Shown piece by piece: positions 37,801-58,336 of a stretch of DNA of 64,000 nt (the stretch's first letter is position 1; the number at the start of each line of letters is the position of its first letter). The translations under genes were made by a program, and so were the position numbers. The DNA comes from Paraspadella gotoi (lineage: Eukaryota > Animalia > Chaetognatha). Below the pieces are notes generated by a model. That model was not told where the DNA came from. It worked only from the letters and a program-made list of their open reading frames with translations, and searched no databases. The stretch is taken from assembly GCA_051294375.1 (NCBI GenBank), contig CM119264.1:7883301-7947300 (forward strand), read 5' to 3'.

Positions 37801-40800
37801 ACGCCGGGTTCGCGACAAAGCCCAGCGCCGAAGCGACGCTGCCAACTCAAATCTCCGATGAAAACGGCGCAACTCCGCTAACTACGGCCTGGAATGAGAC
37901 TGAAGGCATCCAGCCGATGCGAGCCAATTACAGTCCGGAAAGAGTGTGCGGGAGTATGAATCGCGTTAATCAAATGTTAAACGAAATAGAAAGAAAACGT
38001 GCGATCGAAAGAAAGCCTTCTCTCCCGGAACCGATCGTGGAAGTTGTTCCCGAAAGTCTCAGGTAGTTATCATAGTAACTTCATAGTATATCCATTGTCT
38101 AAATTTTGTATCCAATCCTAAACTTCGACGATTCGTAATGTCAAATTGCGGTCCCCTTCCAGCCTAACAAACAATCAGTTGCTGCTTATCGATCTTCACG
38201 TGCTCGAAGTCGATGGAGAAGAACTCGAAGCGACCTTTGGTTTCTTCATCGGCCACTCCAACGGCTCCTCTCGGAGTAGGGTCTTGGTGGTCTCCGACAG
38301 AGGAATCTACAGCATCGTTAAGACAAAGGTAATTCACTTTTGTCTCGCTTCTCATCGATTTCAATAGTTATTAATTTTTATCTTTTTGACTTTACAGAAA
38401 AGCCAAGCCGTCGATCACGAGGAACTGGAATTCGAGAAAGAGTATGCCCTTCCATATTTCAGGCTAGATCGCGTCGACATGGGCCTTGGAATGCAGGTTG
38501 ACGGTTTTAAATCTAGGTTGAATTCTAAAATTGCTTCGAATTGTTGTTAAAAATCTTATTACGGAACATATGTTTTTCCAATAGTACCTGACACTGTACC
38601 CCATGCCACCGGACGGCGCGTATCCCGCTGTTCTGAAGCCGCTGCACATCGCTACAGGAAATCAGGCAAAGTCTCATTCAATTCTTGACAAGATCAGCAG
38701 CCACGCCCCCTTTGCTGAAATATGCGCGGATATTAACAAACAGAAGGTAATTTTGTTTAAGCTTTTAGATTGGATAATTATTTAATATTCATTATACAAA
38801 CTATGCCCAAAATTTGACATTCGCTGTTCAAGAATTATACAGTCGGTGATAATTTTTTTAGATTTTTACTTGCAATGTAAAAAATATTATTATGCAAAAA
38901 GGAAAAACGTGAAAGAATATAAAAACGTCATCGAAAACTAACCTTAATAACTCCTTACTACCCTTAACGCTTACCACCACAAACCTTAACCCCCTCTCAA
39001 TCCTAACTACCTTTAACTTTACCCACCCTTAATCTTGACCACCCCTAACACAAACCACCCTTAACCCTAACCAACTTTAACCATCTCTAACTACCCTTAA
39101 ACGCCAATAATCTTTAATTTAATTGAAATTTTAAGAAAAAGTAATGATATATGCAGATAGAAAAATAACCAACTGGGTAGATTCCAGTCGTCGAAAGTAA
39201 AATTATGCCAAATTATGATTATTAGAAGCCACAAAAGTTCGCCCTTTCCTACTTGGTGTTTGGATTCTTGATCTTCATTCAGGCTTCGCTTCGACGAGCT
39301 GCGTGCAACGAACTCTCCAAGTCTTCAAACTCCTTCACCACCGTCGACTCTTCCTTGCTCTTTTACGCCCTCACTTTTTTCGACGACGGGCAGATGGCGG
39401 AGTCGCCGTCCGTTCGCAAGAGTAGCAAATTACCATCCGCTGGCTCGATTAAAAAGTCGCCGTACGCCGGTCGTGGGAAGTCTCCCTCTTCCACTTCCTC
39501 TTCCTCTTCCGAAGCTTCGAAAGAGGAAGCGACGATGGACGGAATTATGGCGATGAAACCCAACGCAGGTCCGTTTATCATTGCTTATGATTTTCAATTT
39601 TTCAATCTAATATTAAATAATATTAACTTAATTATTTTTTTTTAATCTCAGGATACATTCCCCCAGCGGTGACGGCGGCCATGTCTACGATTAAAAACAC
39701 TCTGGCCTCCGTCTCCTCAGTGGCCTTTCAGCTTCCCACACCCCCGCCCACTTCATCGAATGGCGCATCGAGCTGGCCGAGAAGTTACTTCGTGTTAAAA
39801 AATGGAAATCTCTTGTCTCTTGCTGCTGGAGAAAAGGAATTCGGTCCTGTTTTGCTTTTGAGGTCAGAGAAAGAGTGATTATGATAAAAATACTAGCGAA
39901 AAAGGTTTGAATTTTTATTAGATAAATTTATATATACTATGTAATTTACTGGAGAACATTTTATTTAAAGTGATGTCGATTCCGTGCAAAATTCTGAAGA
40001 CGGCGACTACAGTTTTACGATTTTTCTTAAAGATGGCAGCAGTTTGGTTTTTCGAACGGAAACCAATGTCGAGATGCAGCGCTGGATTAACGTTTTTCGT
40101 TCAAATCTGGTATATAACTATAATACAACTATTAATAGCAACGTACTGGGTAAAATATAAATTGATAATTAACGTGAACCACCCTCTACCGAAGTTTTTT
40201 GACACTAGGCACGTTTATTTATTACTATCTTTGCCAAACACATTTTTCAGACGTATTAATTTGTATATGGTTGATTAAGTTTTTAATTTTTTTACGCTTA
40301 AAAACAGGAAAAACCTTTGGACTTTAACGTTGACGCTCTTTCGACCTTCACGTCCGGTTCCGTGGTTTTGACACCGCAAGGCCTTATTTTTTGTCACCAA
40401 GGTAACGGTTACATTTACTTATTAACGAGGCCCTTCATTTCCTGGAGTTGTTTTTCCCACAGATTTGGACTCTGATTTTGTTCGCCCCTTGCTTTCTGTG
40501 CCTCTCACTGAAGTTCTCGCGCTGTCAATCGATACAGAGTCAGACTTCTTCTGCTGTTTGGTAATTTATTTATGGAACCATGCTAGTTAAAAAGATTTAT
40601 TGCGAACTCCTCGGCTTTTCCATAATGATTTCTTTCTTTCTTTCTTTTTTTTTTTTTTTGAAAGACCTTGGACGACAAATCAAGCGAGTTCAAAGAAACT
40701 GATCCTAAAAGTCGGTGCATATTCTTTTTGGCCGAAAAGGAACGACAGCTTTTCGTTGACGCCCTTTGTTCTGCTTGGGCTAAGGTTTTTCAGGTGAATA

Positions 40801-40969
40801 TTTTCTCCTTAATAATAACATTTACATTTTAATTGTATGATGGTTTATATCATTTTTATGCCAGGTCCCAATGCCTGTTGAGGTGATGGAGGATTTGGAC
40901 GTGCTGCATGAACTCCGAACATTCAGCTTGAAATACACAAAATTGCTGCAGAACTCTTTTTCGTCATGA
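34858..40969 (+). CDS. PLEKHM2: PLEKHM2/SKIP-like RUN and PH domain protein
   Basis: RUN domain (ETLCHGL..GIWPL...KARG|RAWLLLALNEFSLESYFRFLSEN...LLAGLEYVQF), 1.8-kb disordered exon, PH-like WPRSYFVLKNGNL...EMQRWINVF, C-terminal WAKVFQ|VPMP; TGA 40967-40969. Confidence 0.9.
38938..39100. repeat. Degenerate CCCTAA/CCTTAA telomere-like tract in a PLEKHM2 intron
   Basis: Repeated ccttaa/cctaac motifs, e.g. cccttaaccctaacc; almost no G on the + strand. Confidence 0.55.
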
Positions 40970-43900
40970 TCCCCCGTGCCAATTTTTTTATTGCCTTGGT
41001 ATTGTTTAATAAAACTTTGTTTTTAGCGTTGAATTTTTTTACTTCGAAACATGTAAACTTTTAGATGTTTTTAATGATTTTTCTATGAATTTCTTGTCAT
41101 TGTTATAAGCTGCCTCGTCTTAGACAATAGGAGTCGCTTTATGTCGCAGTGTTAAAGAATTGTCTCATTCCAAACAAATGTCCTCGATTTCGAATTTCGA
41201 AAATGTTTTTATTACGACTGTGTTGAAATAAAATTTCTTTGTATTTTTTTCGTATCTCCGTTACAGATATTAAATTTTATATAAGAACTTTGTTCCGATC
41301 AATTTGTCTTAATTTGAATTTTAGTAAGCCTGAGTTCATCATTAGCGGCTTTAGTTTGTCGCCCCATAGAAGTTTAAATAGTTATGCTATATCAAAGACA
41401 TTCCCCACCTGTAGTAGCTAAACAAGTAATGATTGTCGGCAGTCATTCCTGCAGGTCTGAACCGAGTTTTCAGGTGGTGGTAATTTGTCCCTCCTGTGGT
41501 ATTAGGCTCAATTACGTTATAATGAAATAAGGAAGGGGATCATTCGACAATCTATAGTATCTATCTAGTATCTATAGTATAAGCATATAAATATGATTCG
41601 CTTTTAAAGTTATCCTTAGTCTTCGTGAATGAAAAGTTTTGTTGTCGCCCCTACCCGAAAGCAAAACGTCTTCCTTACAAGATTTAAAACGCTCAATTTA
41701 TGCAGATTTTTTCCCGTCTTTCACCTGGTTTTTTATCACGGTCTTTCACCGCGTTTCACGTCCTTTCTTCCAAGGTGGTTCCAACCATCAATTAGCCATT
41801 TCGAGAATCCCCGCTCTCGCCTCGCCGCGAAGGACGTCGGATTTGCCATTGGTCGAGCCGCGGAAAGGCGTCCACCGATTGGCCGGAAACTCGTCTCGTC
41901 CTCATTAGCGGGATCAGTTGCGTCCGGAGCCAAGAGGAAATTAGAGTATATGCCATCCTAATTAAAACTCGTTATTGATGATATTTGTAGAGGATTAATT
42001 CTTCCTAATGAAGCGCTTAATCAGGGACGAGGCGCAGGAGCGAAGCTTTCCGTTTTTTAGCTTCCCTTTTTCTCGCTCATCCTTACGACCGTTTTTTTCT
42101 TCTTTTTTTAAAGTTTTTATTTCTTTTCTGCGCGAGGGAATCTGTTTCGTCTTAGGATTCGACAACATCTGTTTCATGTCGGACCATTAATTATTTTAAT
42201 TATTCAACGTTCAATATTAACGAACAAGTTATTGTAAAATGTTGATAATTCAAGTTACTGAATTCTGTGAACAATGAACGAAATTAACTTCACCATCAAC
42301 GAGAGCCTGCTAAGATAAATTTAAATTAGATCAATTTAATATTTAAGGATAAATTGCCACAGAATTTCCGCAAAATAATTAGTGGTTGAACTCGAAGAGT
42401 CGGTGTTTTGACGTCGAATCTTCGTTCATATTTCATCGGGTTTGTTTTGATTGTCATGATTCTTTTTCTCGTCGCGTCTCTCATCCCTCGGTCCCGCGTC
42501 ATCGCTAATCATGAGTTACGGCTTCGGCGTCGCTGGGACGACGACGTCGCCGCAGCCACCATCACCGCCACCATCCTTCATTCCCCGGAACTTACGATGC
42601 GATAAGATTATCCTTCGCGTTTAGCCTCAGGCTTTTTGGTACGTATAATTCTTATCTTATCCTCTTCTCGTAGTTTGCCTCCTTGCTCTTTTCGTCTGAT
42701 TACATTTTTATTTATTTTAATTCACTATTCGATAAAGAATAATATTAATGTTACTTATTATTGACATACCATTTCTATTTTTTAAATACCAGCATCACAA
42801 ACTGGAAATAATTTCTCGAAAACTCCGAAATTTGCTTTGCTCCGACTCTTCGCGCTGCATGTTAAACAAATGCGGAATTTTTCTCACATCTCTTGTAGGT
42901 TGTAACCCAATTTTCCTCTCTTTTACTATTTCTTCCCGGCTACCACCCTCTGCTACATCGATAATTCCTTCCCTCTTTTCAATCCTCTTTCACAGTCACC
43001 CACGTCACTCCTCACTCCTCACTCTTCCAAAGGGAAGCGCTCCTGCGTGAAGCGTGACCTCCGAGGAAGAACTAAACCGCGTTTCAACGAGACTCCATAA
43101 AAAACATTTCATTTCGAATCCATGAGCGAAAGGGGAAAGGAGGGGCCACGAAGAGGAGGCGAGGGGAAGATGATAGCGAAGGATATGACTTGAAACCCAG
43201 CGTGTTAATTGATATAAAGAATTGTTATTGTTATAGGGGAATAGTTATATAGGAAAAGGTGGAACAAATCTATTGGATGAAGAGATGCGGCTATGGAAAA
43301 GGAATAAATAAGAATAAGAAAGGACAAAATGATTGGAAAAGACTGTGTAGACAGCGAATAGCAAAGGAAAGAAATGTTTGTTTCCCTTTTTCTTTTCTCT
43401 TTCCTTTTTTTCTCTTCCTTTTTTGTTCTCTCATATTATTCGTTTTGTCTCTCCTCGCCTGCTGCCCCCTCTTCCTCAGTCGAGCAAAACCTCACCTCCT
43501 AAATTTGGAATTCGAGAGATTTTTACGACGACGACAACGACGACGACTTTAACAACAACAACGACACCCGAAAAGATAAAAGGATGAAGCGCAAATCACG
43601 GGGCGGTCGTTTTGGAAAAAGAGGGGGGGGGAGTTTCCTTTGAAGCGACGCCTCTGACTTGAATCGAAGAGGACGCATTACCATTCGGCGTCGATTCGGC
43701 GTGGAATGGCATCTTGGTGCCATTTCAGCGTCGTTTTTGTGCCACTTTGGTTCTAAACTCACCGCTTAAAGCTTAAAGAATTCGTTTTGACATCTCATCT
43801 CATAACGCAAAACCTTCTCTATTGGTCATTGCGTCATTGCACTGATATTCAGAGATTCTATTAGCCATTTGGTTCCTTTAAGTCATAGGAACAGAAACTC

Positions 43901-44499
43901 ACGTGATTTTGAGTTTGGCAACTTGATCTTCGATGTTCACCACAAATTTTATTCGCAATGTATAATATCTTCTTCAATTTCTGTTAAATATCAAAAATCT
44001 CATGAAAAAATCTCAGGAAATTGAAACCAAAAATCGAAAATAATAGTCGTGGCATTATAATTTGTCATAATTTGACAATTATGACAATTATGACATTCAT
44101 TGTGACAACAGATACTTTTTCTAAACGGGCGGTTTGGTCTCAGTTAGCTATTAAACAGAAATTGATGATCAATTTGATTTATAAATCTCTTTCCGACTTT
44201 CGCTCTTCTTTCTCCGATCCTCTCATTCTCTCTCCAGTATTTCACGAGCTCCGTTTATCGAAATGAATGGAAGAAGGCGGCCGCCGTAATGTCCATAATT
44301 TGTGGAGTAAATACGACGCTGAAATAAAGAAAGACCGACAGAGCGAGAAGAAGAGGAAGAGGAAATAAAAGGAAGAAGAAAAAGAGTTTTTTTTTTTTTT
44401 GTTTCTGCGGTTGAGTTTGAATTATTCCGCGGTTAAATCATCACCAGAAAGAGAGGGAGGGGTAAGAAAAAACGGAAGAATGATAATATTCATTTTGTT

Positions 44500-48310
<3,811 letters not shown>

Positions 48311-48730
48311 AAGAAGAAAAGAAAGAAAGTAAGTTGGAAGTCGAACCGCAGCCTAAAGATGGACAATCAGCCTTTCGTCGATATAAATTTAGAAAAAAAA
48401 AAAAAAAGAAATAAGAAAACAAGACGATATAGAGAAAACGAAGAAGACGACGCCGACGGGCAGAACAATGACCTCATCGACGATCCCGTTGTCGTTGACG
48501 ACCATAATGACGACCATAATGACGACCACGGAGGGGAATCAGAGAGAAATCGAAAAATAACCGTCGACGAAAAGTTAATCGGACGATTTCATCGGAATTA
48601 ACGACGCCGCCCGATCAATAATAAGTCAATGACGGCGCTGGTGACGCCGAAGACGCCGCGCGCTGCCAAGACTTTCGTAAATATCATATAAGATTACTGT
48701 TGGAAGATTACCGAAGAGCATCGCGCCGCC

Positions 48731-48774
<44 letters not shown>

Positions 48775-50515
48775 GGCTGCAACCGCTGATTCGTCGCTAA
48801 CTGTAATCATCTGATGAGGAAAAGGTGAACTCGGCAGAGAAGGTAATGTCAGGTAAGTTTGGAGGATGCGACGTTGGAAAACGGCAATTGTCAACGACGA
48901 CGACAATGACGATGAAGATGTCGACGACGACGACAACGACGACGACGACTTCTTGGGCTCGAAAACGGCGAGAAATGATCATGTCCACGACACTACGGTG
49001 ACAAAGTCGTCGATGACCAAACACAGTGAAAAACGAAGAAGATGACAAAGATGACTACTCTACTGTATTTAGAAGCTACCAACTTTGAAAAAAGAAAACA
49101 CATACAGTTACAGAAACAACAACCAAACATCGTAGCCAAAGACGACGAAGGCAACGACGACGAAAAGTCCACCTCTTTTTTTCCACACGGTTTTGACCAA
49201 ATAAACAGTGGCAGGTTCCAATTTTCTTTTTTTTTTTCTGCGCAAATGACGAGGCATATTTTTTCGGCTAAATTTTGGTGTTCCTTTTTTCTCCTTAAGT
49301 CGCATTTCGAGATGCGTCCACTCATCTTTGTAAGAAAGTTAATGGTCGGTCGGTCGGTGGCGGAGTCGGTTGGATGGTGCTCATTAGTGGATTTATTAGT
49401 CTGTTGTCAAGACTGTCAAATCTTATATACAGTAGTTTAATCTTAACTCAAATTTTTAGTTGAATGATAAAAAGGATAGAGATAGATATAGAATTTATCG
49501 ATAGATATATAGATATATACATAGATAAATAGATATTTAGTCTTATAGATAGATATAGATAGATAGATGTATATATAGATATCGCGTAGGTAAATAAAAA
49601 TTAAAAAGCATATTTTCTTTCATAGTTTACGATAAATAGAATTAGTAATAGTTACTCCATCGCTGGACTTTGGCGGAGATTTTATGCTTTGGCGACGAAC
49701 TACTACTTTTCTCACCGAGACACGAATCGAAATTCGGCGGCGGCTTAAGAAAAAAATTAATAATGCGGATTTTAAAAAATGCTAATGGAGAGATTTAGTT
49801 AAAATTAACCGCCCTTTCCAGAAGCGTATTACATACGAGCTCATAATTGTTAGAATTTATCATTTAAATAAGTTTTACGCACTTATTATTCAACCATCTG
49901 TAAGTTATGCACCTTAAATTCTTGGAATTTCTAGTCTTCTACAAGTAAATTCTTTCACTGTTAAAAACAATTTGCGTCGGTATCGTCATGTAAAATAAAC
50001 AAAGGAACAACGGAGGGAAAAAATCGTTTTGTTTTGACTTTTGTTTTTATTTCAAACAACCGAAAAGTTTTTTCGTCGCTCGTCACGTTCCTTTTATTTT
50101 TCGCGGCCAAATATTTTTGTTGTTGTTTAAAATTTCAAGTTAATTTTTATCAAGGGAATGAAATTTGACTTTTCACAAATCGACTCCAGTTGGGTTCATT
50201 TGTTTTTTTCTCTCGATCATTTTTGTCGGAAGATAATATTCAAGATCGAATTGGAGCGAAAAATAAAATCCACGAATTTCTTCCATCGGTCGTTTCTCGC
50301 TTTTTTTAAAATTATTTTCTTTTCAGTTACTAATTGCCATATTAGTCGAAATTAATATCAATAAAACTCGCCCCGCTTTATTACATTTCTTTAATTACAT
50401 ATTAATTAATATTCGATAAAATATCGATTTGAATCAGGTTTCCCCTTTTTCTTTTCTCATCGTTCGGCCAAAGTAAAAAGAGAAAAAAAAAAACCGCCGC
50501 CAAACGACAACAAGG

Positions 50516-51332
50516 ATGACGCGATTCTTCCGCTTGTCTTTGACTCTCCTCGTCGCGGCGGCGACCCTAGCGCCGCGCCGCCGCGGCTCTGCGCTGCTTC
50601 TCCGCCGAGACCCACGCGGGCGCCGCCGCCGCCGCTTCCTCCACGGGTCCGGCCAAGGATGCTCTTCACCATGAGCCGCACTCGGCCGCCTCGGACGACC
50701 ACGGCCACGACCACAGCGGACACAGTCACGACGACCACAAACACGGCGCCCACGACGACCACTACCACCACCACCACGACGCCGCGGGTCACCACCACGA
50801 GGAAAACGTCTGCCCCGCCGACCAGAACCTCTGCTCCTACGCGATCACTGGAGCCGGTGTCAAGGAGCCGAAAGGATGCGCCAAGGCGGCGGGGAAGAGA
50901 GGAAACGTGAGCCAAAATAGTTACTTATTAAATTATTCTTGTTAATATCTTCTGTTATTAAATGTTAATGTTATTTTAGCTAATTAAGTGAGTAATTAAT
51001 TGATTGGCTGAGTGTTGGATTAATCGATTGATTTATTTTTATTTATGTACTTTAAAGTGGTTGAATAATTGATTATTGGATTATTAAATGGCTTATTGTA
51101 TCATGAATTAACTTATTCAATAATCATTAATTCATTTATTAATTCATTAATTCATTTATTCATTCATTCATCGATTCTCTTTTATCAGGGCTTCTGCGAG
51201 TCTCGTCACGGAGAGCGCCTCTGTTACTGCGATTCCGAATTTTGCAACGCGGCGCCGTCGTCGTCGTCGTTTCCGTCCGTCGTCGCATTGGGCGTCGCCG
51301 TCTTCGTCGCCGTCGCCGCCACCATCTCCTGA
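50516..51332 (+). CDS. GPI-anchored three-finger (Ly6/uPAR, quiver-like) protein with His-rich loop I; apparent frameshift at about 50570-50582
   Basis: Signal MTRFFRLSLTLLVAAATLA; then in the +1 frame ALRCFS...His-rich...NVCPADQNLCSYAI...KGCAK..RGN|GFCESRHGERLCYCDSEFCNAAP and hydrophobic tail VVALGVAVFVAVAATIS*; intron 50907-51188, phase 0. Confidence 0.82.
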
Positions 51333-52373
51333 CCAACAGACGATCGACTGCATTTTGGATCGCGCCGAGTCTGATTCCCGCCGCTCTTTTAATTTTTATG
51401 ATTTTAATTTTCATGATTTTAATGATTCATAACTAGTATTACTTGCTTTTTTTTTTTTAATCTAGTTTAATCCCGAAATTTGCGGCTCGGTTGAGCTCCA
51501 ACCGTTTTTTTTTTCCTCGATCAATCGGATTTTTGACATTTGGAGAAAGACGAAAGACGATTCGTAACCGGTCTTCCGCTATTAAATTCAATACGTTAAT
51601 ACATATTGATTGGTAAAATTTGTTGTTTTTCTTTCATTGAGAAAAATAATCGCTGGACTAAATGTAGTAAGTCAATTTTATCCATTTTGAAATTGAAGAC
51701 GTATTGATGCGAGTGAATGGACACTTGGACTAGTTTGAGAGTAATAACTAAAACATACTTATTACTGATTGTTGTATAGTATTTAAAAAAAGAAAATCCT
51801 ATATAAAAAGAAAAGAAATTAGGAGAAAAAAATCTCTAAGAAAAAAGTTTATCTTTGAAAACAAAAAAAACTTTCGCAAATACTAGAACGTCATGTTAAG
51901 ATAAGCTTGAAGGCTTTTATAAAAGCCTTTAATACAAGCAAGATAAATAACGTAAAATGTTTTAATTTTGTAATTTTGTATTAACATATCATAAATATAT
52001 AGATGAAAAAATAAAATTGCTTTGCATGAACAAAATTGTTATTCAAAATCTTATCACGTATAGTTAGTTTCAAAACGAGGCTAACTAGAAAAAAAAATAT
52101 AAGGAGTTTGAAATAAATTTAGGGACTTTGTAAAAGTCCTTCTTACTAACTTAATCACTACAGGATATTTATAATTCCTAAGCAAAAAGCATCTCAAGTA
52201 AATCATTAGTTTTGAAAATATACAAACTAATATATTTATTATAGCACCTTTTAGTTTACCTTTTAGCACCTTTTAATTTACCTTATCTACATCGGTATAT
52301 AAAATATTTTTTTAGAGTTCAAAAAACGAGAATGTTAAATTGTTCTGACAACGGCAAATTTTTTACAATAAAA

Positions 52374-52416
52374 CAAGGACATCTTTAGGCTTGTAGTTCG
52401 AGCCTTCATCAGCAAC
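52374..52416 (-). ncRNA. Degenerate minimal hammerhead ribozyme
   Basis: Minus strand: CTGATGA aggct-cgaactac-aagcc TAAA gatgtc; GAAA mutated to TAAA; tail similar to the other copies. Confidence 0.6.
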
Positions 52417-52929
52417 CATTTTGCCTTTACCGAAACAATTCAAAACTCTCGTTTGTTCAACTCTGAAAAAAGCAACGAAACTGAAAGGATACATTACAAG
52501 TATTTTTTACAGTCTTTTTTATTTAAAAATTGAGAATAAAGATGGTCGGACCGAATCAAACGAGTTGAAACTAGAAAAAAAAACTGGTTCCTCCGGAAAA
52601 GAGGCGTGAAAAAAACTTAAAGCTTGAGATAAAATCTTTTTCGATCTCCCAATTTTGATCAATTCCTCGCAAACTCGATTAAGAGAGCATTGCATTTGCA
52701 ACAACAAAGCGATTTACAAATTTTCACTATTTTTTACTATTATTTATTACCTATATATTTAAAGTTAATTATTTTTCGTTAGTAAGTAATTGTAAAGGAA
52801 TTCCTTATGTCATAAGTCATAACCGAAAACAACGAAATAAAATTTAAATAAATTAATTAAATAAAAAAAGACACAAAAAAAAAAAACCAAACTTGGAACT
52901 TCCTCTGTCCGCCAGATCGAGCGACGAAG

Positions 52930-55360
<2,431 letters not shown>

Positions 55361-56809
55361 TTTATTTTCGGTAAAAGTTGAAGAAGATTAATGAATCCGG
55401 ATCAATTAAATAAATTAAATGAATTGACGTATTTTTCTGGGGAGGGGGGGGTAAGAAGAGAATTCGCAGGGGGAAAAAAAAGAGAAAATTCGAGATTTAA
55501 AAAAACTGGTTTGGATTTTTTTTCCGTGGAAGATAAATGATTTTTTTCTAAACTCGATGGCGATGCAGACCGACCAGAATCTTCGGACCGACCAGAATCT
55601 GCAGAGTCCAGTTGTCAACGATCTTTCTTTCGGTTGAATAGTGTTATCGGATAGACTTGAAGTTTAGAAAATAGCAATAAGCGACACAAATAATAATTTT
55701 TACAATAGCTTGTAAATATTGCTTATGAAAATGCTAAAATTTTGTTAAACATACAAGCGCACTTTGATTTAAAAATCATTTTTTGTTTATTATTCTGATT
55801 CGTAAAGCCACTACGATGTGATACTTAAAATGTGATACTTAAAATGTGATTATTTTTGGTAACTTACTTGTGAATAAGTGTTTTTTATGTCCTGTTATTA
55901 TTTAAAATAAAATTAAGAAACTGAAGAATTCGAGTGTTGGTCTTTCTTTTTCGTATTACATCGATTTCCGCTGTAAGAAATTGTCGCCGAAGAATTAATC
56001 CTTAATTTATAATTGATTTCCGCAATTCGAACGACTTTTATTTATAATAAGCGGCATAAGACGACGTCGTCAGAATAGGAGGCAGAACGACGATTTCGCA
56101 AATCCGATTAACGAGGAAGACATTTTTTACAGTCGCCATCTTTATCGCCGCCATCTTTATCGTCACCATTTTCGTCGTCGCCGTTCGATTGGAAGAAAAG
56201 CGATTGTTGCTGACTCCGTTGCCGAATTTAAAGAATCACTGACGGGAGTTCTAAGCAGTTTATAATTTTTTTATTATTTCTTATAATCCTGGATTAAGCA
56301 GTAACAAAGAATGATTCGCTTAAATCGATTTTATGGCGAGGGGGAAAATAGGTTGTTGTTGTCGTCATTTTGTTTGTTATAATAATCTTATTAATTTTGT
56401 TTGGATTAGATTTTTGGATCTTTCATTTGGAACTTTCATCTTTCATTTTTATAAATTCTGCGAAGAGGAAACTAAAAAAGATGATTTGTTTATCATATCA
56501 CATAAACTAAATGATGAGCTGTCCCAAAGGGTATTGCTTAAGAGCCTTTTGAAGTTTTGTAAAACCCTTTTCAATAAAATTGGTCTACTTTAACTTGAAG
56601 CTTGTTTACAGCAGATGTCAGACAAGTAAATCAATTGGTTTTAAAATTTACATGTATTGTTTGGAGGTTTAACTTTATTTCTTGTTTTGATAAAAAAAAA
56701 TACAAGCAGTTGCGAAAGAGACAAGCTTAACTCAGCGAGAAAAATAAACAAAGTTAACCCTTCTTTTTATGCCTTTCAAACCGTGTCTCTCTTTCCGATT
56801 TTATCGATC

Positions 56810-56901
<92 letters not shown>

Positions 56902-57437
56902 GACTTGTTTGAGAGTCCTTTTTTTCGTTCCCATGGCCACCATTGAACCCGTTTGAGTGTGACACCTTTTTTTATTGGAGTAATTACAGATAATGTGAAT
57001 GTGGTTTTGGGAGGCGGGATCGAGGCAAGGAGCCTCGTAAATCCGCGAGGAGAAAAAAAAGGAAAGATAAAAAGAAAGGGAAAAAAAGATGAAAAGAAAG
57101 AATGAAAAATGAGGACGAAAAGGATTTAAACAATGAAGATGAAAAGAAGCGGAAAAACTATGATATAAAAAGAATATGTGTCTACCCCTGAGCATTGACC
57201 CTTTGTGAACAAATATGTTGACAAATGTTTTATTTGTCAATGAATAAATATTCAAATGAATAAAAGTTTTATCATAATTTATAAAAAGAGGAAAAAAGTT
57301 ATTTTAATGTTTTTATTTTTAGTATAACTTTGATTTTTTACTAATCGTTAAAAACTGTTTCAAACGAAAACCAAAGTAAAACGAAAGTTTTTGGAGATAA
57401 ATTCGGGATTCGTCTTCTTATCGGCAAATGTTTGCTC

Positions 57438-57560
57438 ATGGCGCAGTTGAAGCCGGAATCGCCGCCGCCGCCGCCGCAGACGCCGATTCCACCAACCGGC
57501 GTCGTTTATGAGCCTCATAAGCATTTTTTCGGCGCCAAAGATAAGAAGAATCGCGAGACG
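57438..57560 (+). CDS. Possible first coding exon of an unidentified gene
   Basis: ATG...MAQLKPESPPPPPQTPIPPTGVVYEPHKHFFGAKDKKNRET|gtactt; GC-rich island in AT-rich DNA. Confidence 0.4.
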
Positions 57561-58217
57561 GTACTTCCGACTCTTCGCCATTTCTTGCCATTTCGGTTTC
57601 GCCGTTTGAGCAGTTTATGCCATTTTATTCATGTCCATTTGTTAAATTTTACTTTTAGACTTGGGATTTGAATCATTTGGTGTATTTCGTGGTTTTTTTT
57701 TTTTTTGGCGTTTCTACTTATAGATTTTTTTTCACTTGGTCTTTATATTTACCATTTTCACTATGCCCATCATTTTTCCCATTTATACCATCTCCCCCAT
57801 TTCCACCTCCGATGCCATTTCCCTTCCCCCAAACCGCCATTTTCTTAAACGTATGCGTCGTGGAGATAAAAGGCGACGCCGCCACTAAATTCTTTCTTTT
57901 TTTTTTTCCTTTTTTATTTCCTGTTTGTCAAGTTTGGATATAACCTTTATTTTTATTACTTGTGATAGAGTTGTGGATGGTGTAACGTCATTATTTTTTT
58001 CCGAGATTGTTTCCTTTTTTCTTTTCTACTTTTTTTTAGTTTCTTTCCTCTGTTTTTGTTTTTTTATTTTTTTTTATTCTCTAATTCTTTTTTTCTTCTG
58101 TCCATCTTTTAGGCAGCGGTTCGACTACAATTACATTTTTTTACTGCTCCGTTTGTGTCTTTTTTCTTTCTTTCTTTCTTTATTTCTTTATTTCTTTCTT
58201 TCTTTCTAGCTATCTAG

Positions 58218-58252
<35 letters not shown>

Positions 58253-58256
58253 TATT

Positions 58257-58336
<80 letters not shown>

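Noticed and set aside
41400-41510. Possible HDV-like ribozyme (ccacctg/caggtgg, ccctcctgtgg)
   Set aside because: Could not build P1, P2, P1.1 or the J4/2 catalytic segment.
50659-50910. Thr-rich mucin-like ORF in the track
   Set aside because: Alternative frame of the His-rich exon; it has no Cys and does not splice in frame to the CYC..CN exon.
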